A DNA stretch of 64,000 nt from Octopus vulgaris (taxonomy: Eukaryota). Under the pieces are notes generated by a model, which saw only the letters and a program-made list of their open reading frames with translations, made no database searches and had not been told where the DNA came from. Below, in pieces: positions 14,201-52,960 of the stretch (the first letter of the stretch is position 1; the number at the start of each line of letters is the position of its first letter). The position numbers and the translations under genes were made by a program. The stretch spans positions 8,556,001-8,620,000 of the forward strand of contig OX597814.1 in NCBI GenBank assembly GCA_951406725.2, read 5' to 3'.

Positions 14201-16624
14201 ACTCTCCACATTGATTGCTGTTTAGAATCCTTTCTCACACAGAGAGGATGCCATGTTGCTCACACATTCCATGTTTGGCATCGTTTCTACTGCCAGGTCC
14301 CCTCCTAACATCTTCTGCTCTAGAGTAAACCAGGTGTATCTTATTATTGTGGAACCAACACTTTTATTTGGATTGGGAGGAAGGGTCTGTCCCCATCCAT
14401 TAATGTTCCTCTTGAACCTTTGTAAATGAAAATATTGCAGGAAAGATAAGAGAAGGGGTGGAATTCCAGAGGGGTAATGTTTTGGGGAAGAAGGACTGGG
14501 TGTAGTGGTGGGTCGGCAGGACTGGACAGAAATATCAACAAGTGAACACCAGGCCTAACAATCACCATTCTGAGTGGGTCAATTATAGATATACTGAGAT
14601 AATCAATACAGTGTTGTTAACTCTCATTGAAATATTCAATGTCTGCTACGGCCTAGAAATTGGTTAAGGGACATTTAATAACTGTACAGAAATCTGATAA
14701 ACCAGCAGAGGTACCATCACAGAGGTCACTCCATTTAGATATCTCAAACGACCCTCTCTCACTAACTCTTTTATCATCTTTTGGAATTAGATTTTGATGT
14801 GTATGGTGAATATGGATATGGGGTGAGTAGAAGAGTGGGGTTCCACAAAATGCTACCCAAACAAGTTCAATGGTAAATATTGGCAAGGGACAGGCTCTCC
14901 CAATGATAAAACATCATTTCCTGAAACCTGTTTGATGTCACATGGTGTCATGTGATGATGGAATGTCTTAGATTCAAAGAGATAAGCTCAATATCTCGTG
15001 TGACCACTATTAGTGTTGATTACTACCCGGCATCTTCTGCATATTGAATGCACCAAACGATTGATGAAAGCCATGGGGATAGCAGCTGACACTCTGTTAA
15101 AACCTGCAGTGAGCTGTCTCTGAGTTTTCAGTCTTGGACGGGTGTCATTTAGCCTTCTTTGGGGTTTCATCCCACAGGTGCTCTATAGGGTTTGAGTCTG
15201 GACTGAAGCCAGTGTCTGGATGTTGATGTTTTTGGAGGAAGCCTGTTGTCAACCTGCAGTATGGTCACGGGCATTGTTATGTCAGAACATGTAATTCCAA
15301 CAACAGGCAAAGTATGGCACAATGTGAGGCCTCCAAATTTGGTCAATATAGCAAGCAGCAGTTACTCCATTTCCTCAGCCTTCACCAATGTTTCGGAAGA
15401 CCACCAGTTCAGGTTTATGGTTGAGTGCAATCTTGCCCCTTGCCATGATGCTCTGTCTTCCCTATGAGTATCACTCCACCATACAGCCATTGGCACGACA
15501 TTCCCCCTTCTCCTCCAAATGCCAGCTCTGCTGTCTTCCAGAGAAATGCAATATCGACTTCTGTCAGACAAGACTACACTCCTCCACTACTCATGTTGCC
15601 CGCTCTGACGTTTTTCAGCTCACTGCAGATGTACCCATCAATAATGATCTGTGAGGATGTGGCTCCTAGCTGGACTTTGGTGAGTCAAATTGAAAGGTCT
15701 CAGCACAAATGGGTCTGTGGTGAGTTCCTATGCTCTGCCTAGCTGATTCCATTGTCCTAAAGAATCAGTCCTGCAAGTGCTGTCGCTGCAGATGACAATC
15801 ATGACGTGTTGTTATAACCCTTGGTCGGCCACTGTGTGGATGATTATCCATGTTGTTTGTGGCACTATCTCATTCCCTCGGCCATTCAATTGTCCAAATA
15901 CTGCAGTTCAAGTCATTAGCAATGACCTATGGACGTTGAACAGTATGGAGACATCCGATGGCTTGCTCCCTCTGATTTCATGTCAGTCTTGTTACACTTG
16001 CTGCATTTGGGAAATGAATGATAGGCTGGAGAACTTGGGTGCCTCTTACACCCAAAAGAGTCGACGTTCTGGCCCTGCATCATGCTTTGCATAAAGATGC
16101 GTTCGTGAGCATTACCATATTCACGAGAAGTGAGCGAGTTTGAACCCTAAATGCAATCCTTGTGTTTTCAAAAGAGAGTGGTGTTGTGGGTCAGTGACAT
16201 CTTCCTGATGTCAAATTACCTAGAATTGTGATAAAATCTATATAATCTCAATGTCGTGAAACAAATAATCTTTTACAGTGTGATGTGTTTATATTATAAC
16301 TGTATCAAGGAATTTCCGAAACACTCCAAATATATATATATTTTTTTCTTTCTGTTCTTAGGTGGATATGGTAAAGGTGTCTATTTTGCCAAAAACATCC
16401 AATATTCTGCAGATGATAACTATTCTCCTCCTGACCATCACAAAATAAAGAGAATATACCAATGCAGTGTTCTTGTAGGAAGAATGATACAAGGACACCC
16501 AGGATTAAAAGTTTTACAGGATCCTTACAATTCTGCTGTTGATGATATTCAAAGACCCTTTATTTATGTTACTTTCGATGACTCTCAAGCATATCCTAAT
16601 TATTTGATTACATTCTCTAATTGA
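1351..16624 (+). CDS. PARP14-like: Macrodomain + ART mono-ADP-ribosyltransferase (PARP14/PARP15-like), copy 1; spliced join(1351-1466,1748-1975,2587-2814,7393-7447,13426-13559,13949-14126,16362-16624); may be 5'-incomplete
   Basis: Seven exons with AG/GT boundaries and consistent phases give ~399 aa with no stop. Macrodomain motifs VDVIVNSTN..LNKGSIS and AFPILGAG..YP; ART motifs WHGT, YGKGVYFA and IYVTFDDSQAYPNYLITF (H-Y-I triad, mono-ART type). Family-level call; orthology not established. Confidence 0.9.
1748..1975 (+). CDS. Copy 1 exon b (macrodomain N-half)
   Basis: tttgtag|gtt...tta|gtaagt; 76 codons VDVIVNSTNERLQLNKGSISNSILNAAG...GYNLKCKNVFHLVLP. Confidence 0.92.
2587..2814 (+). CDS. 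Copy 1 exon c (macrodomain C-half)
   Basis: ttttag|att...aag|gttggt; 76 codons including CLAFPILGAGILKYP and IKDVYFVVYPQD. Confidence 0.92.
4390..5170 (-). mobile_element. RTE-clade LINE fragment
   Basis: KAPGPSGITAE..IPNDWRSSTIVNCYKGKGDALDRNNYRGIKLLD; same family as 26050-30030. Confidence 0.9.
5225..5680 (+). mobile_element. Probable Penelope-like element 3' remnant
   Basis: Decayed ..EPHGL end motif followed by a hammerhead-like fold. Confidence 0.45.
5465..5576 (+). ncRNA. Type I hammerhead ribozyme-like motif (degenerate)
   Basis: CTGATGA (5472-5478), long stem II region, GAAAC-agcc-GTA (5560-5571); stem I imperfect. Confidence 0.55.
5688..5940 (+). mobile_element. RTE 3' fragment
   Basis: EAMTGDRDLWRYAVIEKT end-of-ORF segment plus 3'UTR-like sequence. 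Confidence 0.6.
6220..6885 (-). mobile_element. RTE 3' fragment
   Basis: ERRLCWYGHVAR...GRGRPMKTWDEVV plus 3'UTR repeats. Confidence 0.88.
7393..7447 (+). CDS. Copy 1 exon d (55-nt linker exon)
   Basis: ttctaacag|aaa...tcag|gtaaat; KFHEYFQGNTTGSSAASS; phases match both neighbours; conserved in copy 2. Confidence 0.82.
7526..7715 (+). mobile_element. tRNA-derived SINE, family B (paralogous copy 50572-50752 on -; decayed copy 8345-8530)
   Basis: GAGCTGGCAGAA head and GAGTTCAAATTCC B-box-like motif; three related copies. Confidence 0.65.
7734..8291 (+). repeat. ~555-bp dispersed repeat of unknown class bounded by (ATT)n; other copies 43430-43987 and 49996-50552 on -
   Basis: Three aligned copies with the same ends. 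Confidence 0.85.
8530..10940 (+). mobile_element. Degenerate, internally deleted L1/Tx1-like LINE
   Basis: APE start FRVGCVNVCGLR..TAFSKTR (~9490); LSLKGRAEVASVYIVSIIIY (~10325). Confidence 0.65.
11120..13260 (-). mobile_element. R4/Dong-clade (RLE) non-LTR retrotransposon, 5'-truncated
   Basis: IFQGDSLS, DDLKL, HLISGC, ILWDF..TIKANKPEIV..LLIDVS restriction-like endonuclease. Confidence 0.9.
13426..13559 (+). CDS. Copy 1 exon e (ART domain N-terminus)
   Basis: tttag|aa cca...aaa|gtttgt; PIPDTWSPM...SEYDDIQATF matches the P..W..M / EY..V...F start of PARP catalytic domains. Confidence 0.9.
13949..14126 (+). CDS. Copy 1 exon f (ART catalytic His, donor loop)
   Basis: ctacag|att...aatg|gtaagt; IERIQN..LWHGT..GFNCRYCSKN. 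Confidence 0.93.
14988..16250 (-). mobile_element. Tc1-family transposon remnant (mirror copy ~22750-23925 on +)
   Basis: SPDSNPIEHLWDE and RRCRVVINTNSGHTRY C-terminal Tc1 transposase motifs, frameshifted. Confidence 0.85.
16362..16624 (+). CDS. Copy 1 terminal exon g (ART C-half)
   Basis: ttcttag|gt gga tat; GYGKGVYFA...QAYPNYLITFSN then TGA. Confidence 0.94.
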
Positions 16625-16714
16625 AATTAAGACTTTTGTAATGCTTTGAGCTGAGATTGGTAATTCTAAAGCCATTCACATTTCTATCCTTAAAATTATT
16701 AAAACTAACACTCT

Positions 16715-17760
16715 TCAAATTTATAACGCTAACAATATTTGAATTTGTAACACAAAACTATTCTGATTCTTCTTTTTTTTATTCTTTTACTTGTTTCAGT
16801 CATTTGACTGTGGCCATACTGGTGCACTGCCTTTAGTCGGGCAAATCAAACCCAGGACTTATTCTTTGTAAGCCTGGTACTTATTCTATTGTTCTCTTTT
16901 GCCAAACCGTTAGGTTGCGGGGATGTAAACAAACTAGCATCAGTTGTTAAACAATGTTGGGGGGATAAACACAGACACACAAGCACACACACACACACAC
17001 ACACACATACATACATACATATCCATCTATATAATGTTGGGCTTCTTTCAGTTTCCATCTACCAAATCCATGCACAAGGCTTTGGTTGGACCAAGGCTAT
17101 AGTAGAAGACGTTTGCCCAAGGTGCCACCCAGTGGGACTGAACCTGGAATCACGTGGCTGGTAAGCTAGCAACTTACCACACAGCCACTCCAGCACCTAT
17201 TCAAATTTGTAACATTAAAAGCATTCATATGAAAATTATTCACATTTGTGTCAGTTAAGATTTGTAACATTAAAACTATTAAAAAATGTATCACTACCAC
17301 TTTTCAAAAGAGTAACACTAAAACTTCAAATATGTAATAATTAAACCTATTTGAATTTTTAACGCTAACACTGTTCACATTTGTAACACTAACACTGTTC
17401 AAATTTGTAACAATATAACTATCCAGATTTGTAACACTAACAATATTTGAATTTGTAACACAAAAATTATTGAAATTTGTATCACTAACACTATTCAAAT
17501 TTGTAACATTAAAAGCATTCAGATTTGTAATAGGAAAATTATTCAGATTTGTAACAGGAAAATTATTCAGATTTGTGACATTAAAACTATTGAAACTTGT
17601 ATTACTACCACTATTCAAATTTGTAACACTAAAACTATTCAAATTTGTAACAATAACAATATTTGAATTTGTAACAATAAAACTATTCAGATTTGTAACA
17701 GGAAAACTATTCAGATTTGTAACAGGAAAACTATTCAGATTTCTGATGCTAAAATAATTG
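16715..17760. repeat. 24-bp minisatellite (ttcaaatttgtaacactaaaacta-like) interrupted by a SINE
   Basis: About 20 degenerate units at 17200-17760 and 2-3 units at 16715-16765; 8-aa periodicity in the spurious ORFs. Confidence 0.88.
16772..17197 (-). mobile_element. tRNA-derived SINE, family A
   Basis: A-box TGGCTGTGTGG, B-box GGTTCAGTCC, internal CA/TA microsatellite; 5 copies in the window. Confidence 0.88.
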
Positions 17761-18419
17761 AATATATTTTGACATTTTCCTTTTTTGTTACATTAAATGT
17801 AATTATTGCTTACAATAAAATGAAGGCTGCAAGTTCAAATCCAGTCAAAGTTCTGTTATTTTGTATTATATTTAAAAATAAAAAGTATAAACCAATTTTG
17901 AGACTGTCTGCTGATTTTGGAAATGTGATTCTTAGAAGAAAAAGATTCCTTTACGCTTACCAAAACCCCATCCATATGATCAGGCAGAGCCCAACTGGTA
18001 AATATTAAATGCCTGCTATCAGAGAAAATTGGTGGAAAAACCTGTGAAATATTCATACTTAGCATTTTGGAGTGAAATCACCAGACCATGGCCAACCTCC
18101 TGGTGGTATAATACTGAGGTATTATTGGGATGCACAACACTGTTGCCATTACTTTCACCATCTTTCTTGGAATTCTCAAGTAATATCATGGAAAATGTAG
18201 GTTGATTCTCAAAGCATCATTTTGAAAAGCCAGTACAGCTCCCATGTTGCAAAGTGCAATATACACACACACAACACACACACACACACACATACACACA
18301 CAAACAACACAAACACACATCCCCACCCACTGCGGAGTAATGCATATGTAAGCTGAAATGATTGCCATGCTAAATAGAGCTTACAATACATTAAGTCTTC
18401 TCTATGAAAGACTTAATGT

Positions 18420-18572
18420 ATTGGTTGGCATTAGGAAGGGCATCCAGCTGTAGAAACACTGCCAGATCAGATTGGAGCCTGGTGCAGTCTCCTGGCTTCC
18501 CAGACCCCATCTGAACCATCCAACCCATGCCAGTATGGAAAACAGTCGTTAAATAATGATGATGATGATGAT
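18420..18572 (+). mobile_element. Short RTE 3'-tail fragment
   Basis: Matches the 3' terminus of the RTE at 26050-26180; ends in (GAT)n. Confidence 0.75.
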
Positions 18573-19029
18573 GTGTGTGTATTGAGGAAAGCTGCTTATT
18601 AATTAGGTATGTAGTAGTCACTGAAAGAAAGCTATTATTAAAGGCTTGACCATCTTGAATTTTTTTATAAGTTCATGTTCCAAGAAATTTCCTGTAATTT
18701 TGATTTCTGAAGTTTATTCAGTATTTGAACTATGAGTTCTTCACAAATTTAAATTTCATTCACTGCAGAGTAGATTTTAAAAACAATATCAATTCGTTGC
18801 ACGCAACATTTTCAGTTTTCATTTGCAACAGTTTCTCACATTCTCTTGCCTCTATTTTCATTAATGATAATTTCCAATTTATTCATTTCAAGTTGTTGCA
18901 AAATCCACTTTATTCTATATATATAGTGTAAAAAAAATATTTAGTGAATGAATGAATGCTATTACACAAAATAGCTATATAACTTTGATGTGTGTTTTTG
19001 ATAAAATGAATTTTTCTTTCATATACCTA

Positions 19030-19333
19030 CTCTCTTTTCTCTTTTACTCTTTTACTTGTTTCAGTCATTTGACTGCGGCCATGCTGGAGCACCACCTTTT
19101 AGTACTTATTCTATCGGTCTCTTTTTGCCAAACCGCTAAGTGATGGGGACGTAAACACACCAGCATCGGTTGTCAAGCAATGCTAGGGGGACAAACACAC
19201 ACACATATACATATATATACATATATACGACAGGCTTCTTTCAGTTTCCATCTACCAAATCCACTCACAAGGCATTGGTTGGCCCGGGGCTATAGCAGAA
19301 GACACTTGCCCAAGATGCCACGCAGTGGGACTT
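19030..19333 (-). mobile_element. SINE family A, 5'-truncated
   Basis: Similarity to 16772-17197. Confidence 0.85.
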
Positions 19334-19609
19334 TGTATAATTTACAAAAGAAAAAACATCAAGAAATGGTTTTGTTGGTATGGCTGTATGGAATGCTTAC
19401 AATAGAACGCCTTACAATAATAACTATGTGATCGCTGCTATTTCTAGCACACTAAATGTATAAATTACTAAAAGAAATATCTACTAAGCAAGAGAAATTT
19501 TTTTATCAATTGAAGTTTTCAGGAAAATTTGCAGTAAATATTTTGTATAAGACCCATTTGTACCTTGGTGTGAAATAATATTTTTCCACAGGTTTTTTTA
19601 TGTGTATTT

Positions 19610-20620
19610 AATGTATCCGACCTCCAAACCCACTGCAAAACAACCAAGAGGAACTCCCATTCCTAGACATACTGGTTTTAAAAAGATACACAAAAAATAG
19701 AAAGGGACATATTTTACAAAAATACAGACATTAAACAATACCTATTATTTAGCTTGTGCCACCCAAGACATATTAAAACAAATATTCCCTTCAACCCTGC
19801 AAGAAGGATTTGCACCATAGTGATGGAAAAAATACCAAAGAACTAAGACTGCAAGAGCTTAAAAATGTACACTACCCAATTCTGCTCATAGGTGATGGGA
19901 TTAAACATGTAAAATTGATTGACATAAAAACATTAAGGAAAGTCGCACACCTACTCTAAAAATACTAACCTATATATCCATACACAACCCCAGAAACAAT
20001 GAAGCATTTAAAATCTCCCAATACTCCATAAGGGCCCCAAACTGAAGGAAATTCTGCATATACATAAGATCATTAAAAGCAATAGACAATCAAAGACATT
20101 AAAGAAGATCGTCACAAATGCTAAATTATTCTCAAGAATAACAGACACAGGAGTAAAAAAAATGCAGAACATGTTTCAATCTTTTGGAAGGATCAGAATT
20201 CCAGTTTAAACAAGGGCAAAAATTCAAAATTAAATCCGATTTCTCTCGCACCTCCCAAAACCTTCTTTATGTCACCAGAAGCTGGGGCTGCCATAAAAAC
20301 TATACAGTTTCCACAGGGATGGCTCTTAGACGTGGATGTACAGTCCACAGGCAATAGATTTGTTCCCCACAACATAGCCAGATACATTTCAGTGAACCCA
20401 TTGACAGATGTGCAGAACAACTGCAACCACAATTCTTAATCTTCCCATTATATCAATGTGCTTTTTGGACCTTTACACAAATGTAACTAAATTAAGGGGG
20501 CTCATTTAGGGAAGAAATATAAGCAAGAACTAAATATAAGTCCATATTGAAAATTATACAAGTGCAACTAAATAAAAAGAATCCTAATTTTTCTTGAAAA
20601 TATAAGCCAAAACTGAATAT
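19610..20620 (+). mobile_element. Degenerate Penelope-like element (RT thumb + GIY-YIG)
   Basis: ELPFLDILV, CHPRHIKTNIPFNPARRICTIV, GCHKNY and terminal KPKLN across frameshifts. Confidence 0.72.
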
Positions 20621-22012
20621 AAATTACAGAATTACCTCCCCTTTACTCAAAATACCTTAGTTACCAATTATCCACCATTTAACAAACAAAATTTCTCCTT
20701 TCATAATGCATTTAATACTCAAAATTTGAAAAACTACAGTGAAACCTGTTGGTTTATCAGAGGGAAAAAAAAATCTTATTTTGTATATTATTCTATAATA
20801 CTTTTACCACAGTTTCATGAAACAAATCTGTGTTTTTTCATCTTATTTCTTTCCTTGTATATTCAATCATGTGTAATCACTAACCATACATTCTCATATA
20901 TATATTAATACAGTGTACATTTAAACACATAAGAGATGGCCATAACAGGACATCTGACTCACTAGATATATATATATTTGTGAAATATAACATGTCTTGA
21001 ATGGCACAACAATGCAGAGTGGACTATAATAAATGTTATAATTGATATGAAAATTCATAGTCTGATATAATATTTTGGAATATAAAAATTCCTTCTTCAT
21101 ATGTCACTAATAATTAATAAGAATTTTGTCCCCAATTAATAAGTATTATGCCTACTCATAATAAGTGATAGATTTTTCTCTAAATTGAATAAATTTTAGA
21201 TCTATAATTTCTCCTTTAATCTAATGTATCAAAATACTCAAAACCTATCAGCTAATTATAAAGGTGATGTATATAAGTTTTTTAAAAAATCTCTGCTTTC
21301 TCTATGAGTGGTCATTATAATCATTATAACCATTTGATGCTAACCTAGTTTTCCTAATGCTAAATCTGTTTACCAAATAGTAGTAAAAGGCATCTGTAGT
21401 GTGACAACCCTTTTCTCTCTACCTCAATTTCTTTATATGGAACTTTGACATCTATTTAACCCCAATTTCTATAAATAGAAAATCTTTCTCTCCTTTCAAT
21501 TGTTCATTCTTCTCAAAATCTTCTAGCAGTTCAAAGCAACTGAATAGTCTTCAGTCAGTTGATAAACTCCACTACCTTAAATGTTCTTAAAATTTAAATC
21601 CACATCTTTGTCTATATATCTACCTTCTCTATGACTATGCTGATGATCTTGCAGATGTTCACATGTACATATACGTGGATATTAACAAGTGAAACTAATT
21701 AGTACATAGGTAATCGTTTTTTATTTCGTATATTTTCATTTGTCTTGCTTATTTTTACACTTTGGTTTTTTGCTGAGTTTTTTCTTGAGAACACATTCTT
21801 TGTGGAAAATAGCGATTTTGACGTTTATATCTAGCATATAGACTGTCCACTTTTAATGGTCAGTCCTTTAAATTTTGTATGTAAACAATATCTTTAATCT
21901 TTGGATTTTTGAAATATGCTAGGCTACTAGTTTTAATTGATTAATATCAATTTCTACCCTTATTTAATTTATTTATATATATATATATATGTATGTATGT
22001 GTGTGTATAAGA

Positions 22013-22225
22013 TTGTGTGTCTGTGTTTATCCCCCCAACATTGCTTAACAACTGATGCTAGTTTGTTTACATCCCCGCAACCTAACGGTTTGGCAAAAGA
22101 GAACAATAGAATAAGTACCAGGCTTACAAAGAATAAGTCCTGGGTTTGATTTGCCCGACTAAAGGCAGTGCACCAGTATGGCCACAGTCAAATGACTGAA
22201 ACAAGTAAAAGAATAAAAAAAGAAG
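22013..22225 (+). mobile_element. SINE family A 3' half (mirror of 16772-16982)
   Basis: Nearly identical to the copy-1 SINE but cut at the microsatellite. Confidence 0.85.
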
Positions 22226-22369
22226 AATCAGAATAGTTTTGTGTTACAAATTCAAATATTGTTAGTGTTATAAATTTGAAGAGTGTTAGTTTTAATAATT
22301 TTAAGGATAGAAATGTGAATGGCTTTAGAATTACCAATCTCAGCTCAAAGCATTACAAAAGTCTTAATT

Positions 22370-50954
<28,585 letters not shown>

Positions 50955-52089
50955 CTGTTAGAAGTAAACAAATAATTTATCATCACTCAATCAAAGACAT
51001 AATTGATTTTCTATGTAACAGTAAAAAATTATTCAAGGAATTGAATTTGGTATCAAGATTCCATGTTATGCCCAAACACCAGCTTAATAATGACAAACTG
51101 ATTTTACTTAATTCCTCATTATTTTCAAAACTGATTAAAACCAAAAGAAGAACATTTCTGTTGAAACAGACTGGCTTTGAGTAAATCCCAGTGAATTACT
51201 GGTATGCCAACAGTGCTTTACTTCAATGCTATATATACTGTCCTACAGAGTATATCTGCAGATGTGTACCCAACACTGGAGAAAGAAGAAAAGGAACGGG
51301 TCCAGCCAAACAATCTTTTCCTGTCCCCAACACATATTGTAGACAGAAAGTGTATATATGACGCTCAGTTTATATACAGCTTGCTTACATCTATCTTTAT
51401 ATAGAAATATAGTTTATAGAGACATGATGTTTACATGAGTCACTCATTCTCTCTCTCTTTCTCTCTCCCTAAATATTGTTATGAAAATGTTTTACTTGGA
51501 AAAAAAGTGAGGTTTTTTTTAGGCATATTGGTTTGAACTTGAATCTAAAGAATCCCCTTTTGATGTACCACAGCACTTTCTCATGGAGAAACAAGAATTG
51601 ACAGCTGAGATACTCAACACCTGGCCAATGCCAAGCCAATTTATGTATTCTCCACTTGACCTGTTCAACCCTTCCTAAGCAAACAATAGGAAGACACCTA
51701 CAGCAGTTCCCATTGTTATCAGAGTGGTATGTCCCCCTTTTTCATTGTGTTGTGAGAATGATAAATACAGAAAGTTCAATATGCCAAAGGCAGTTAATGA
51801 AAGGAGTTGGCGAAAGAGATGACTCCAACCAAGAAGCTGGCATGAGATGAAGATGACAAGAGGTGACTATGATATTTATAACTTTCACTGGTTCACTTTG
51901 GAATGACAAGTGTTGTTCTGTCTTCTTCCATCTTTCCTCTTTGCCACTCTATCACCCTTTAAGGGTTTATTACTACTACTAACGACATAAACACAAGAAG
52001 AAAAGAATAAGGGTGAATTTCCTTTTGTTTTGATCACCTTTTGAGGATTCCCAATGAATCAAGGAAATCCACCTGTCATTTGGAACTAG

Positions 52090-52960
52090 GGGACTCTTCT
52101 AGCCAGATTGATTTCATGCTCACCAGACAGCGGGACGCAGGGTTGCTCTTAAATACAAAGACCCTCCCAGGTGAAGAATGTACCCTCCAGCATAGGCTAG
52201 TCACTAGTGACTTTAGGTTTGAGGCCAGAAGGATGCCAAGAAGCAAGCCAATCCAGAAAAGAAGGATTTGGAAGCTAAAGAACCCCTCTCATGGTCAGAG
52301 ATTTAGGGACATCCTCATCAAGAAATTTGAGGAGAGGGAGGAGGAGCTACAAACATTGGACATAGAAGGTAGCTGGAAATTCCTATGGGACAGCTTACTG
52401 AGCGCCACAGACCAGGTCTGTGGCTGGTGCAAAGTCCCTTCCAGACCGAGAGTTACGTGGTGGTGAAATAGTACAGTAGACAAGGCCATCAGGGCAAAGA
52501 AACAGGCCTGGAAAGCCTGGAAGGATGAGGGTAGCAAGGAATGGTACCAGGTAACCAGAAGGGAGGCTAGGCGGCAGGTATACATAGCCAAGAGGGAAGC
52601 AGAAAAGAAGAAGTTTGCCAATGTCCAGAGACGTGAGGACCAAAGAACTGAGGTATTTCGGATTGCAAGACAGTGTGTGAGAGAAAATTGTGATGTCACA
52701 GGGGAGAAATGTGTTCGAATGGATGATGGGGCGCTTGCTTTTTGTGATTCTGAAAAGAAAGGGTCTTGGAGGAGCAACTATGTGAGACTGCTGAATGTGG
52801 AGAATAAGTGAGAGGAGGAGAGCCAGCCAAATGTTGACCCAGTAGAAGGACCAGCTATCCGTATAGATAGCTCCATAGTAGTTAAGGCAATTAAGGGAAT
52901 GAAGCCAAGAAAAGCCTCCGGCCCATCAGGAGTTACTGCTGAGATGCTTAAAACATCTGC
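52090..52960 (+). mobile_element. RTE internal fragment
   Basis: SQIDFML..PGEECT..KAPGPSG-like segment. Confidence 0.88.

Noticed and set aside
14160-14885. Intron segment conserved in both arms with open frames (14344-14568, 14653-14886)
   Set aside because: Conservation is explained by the inverted repeat; probably a decayed TE, family not assignable.
16256-16361. N-terminal extension MKQIIFYS.. of the PARP ORFs (also 22633-22741)
   Set aside because: Intron sequence upstream of the ttcttag acceptor.
17304-17757. ORFs with 8-aa repeats (VTNLN) resembling a repeat protein or CRISPR-like array
   Set aside because: 24-bp minisatellite with no unique spacers, no splice context and no cas genes; eukaryotic DNA.
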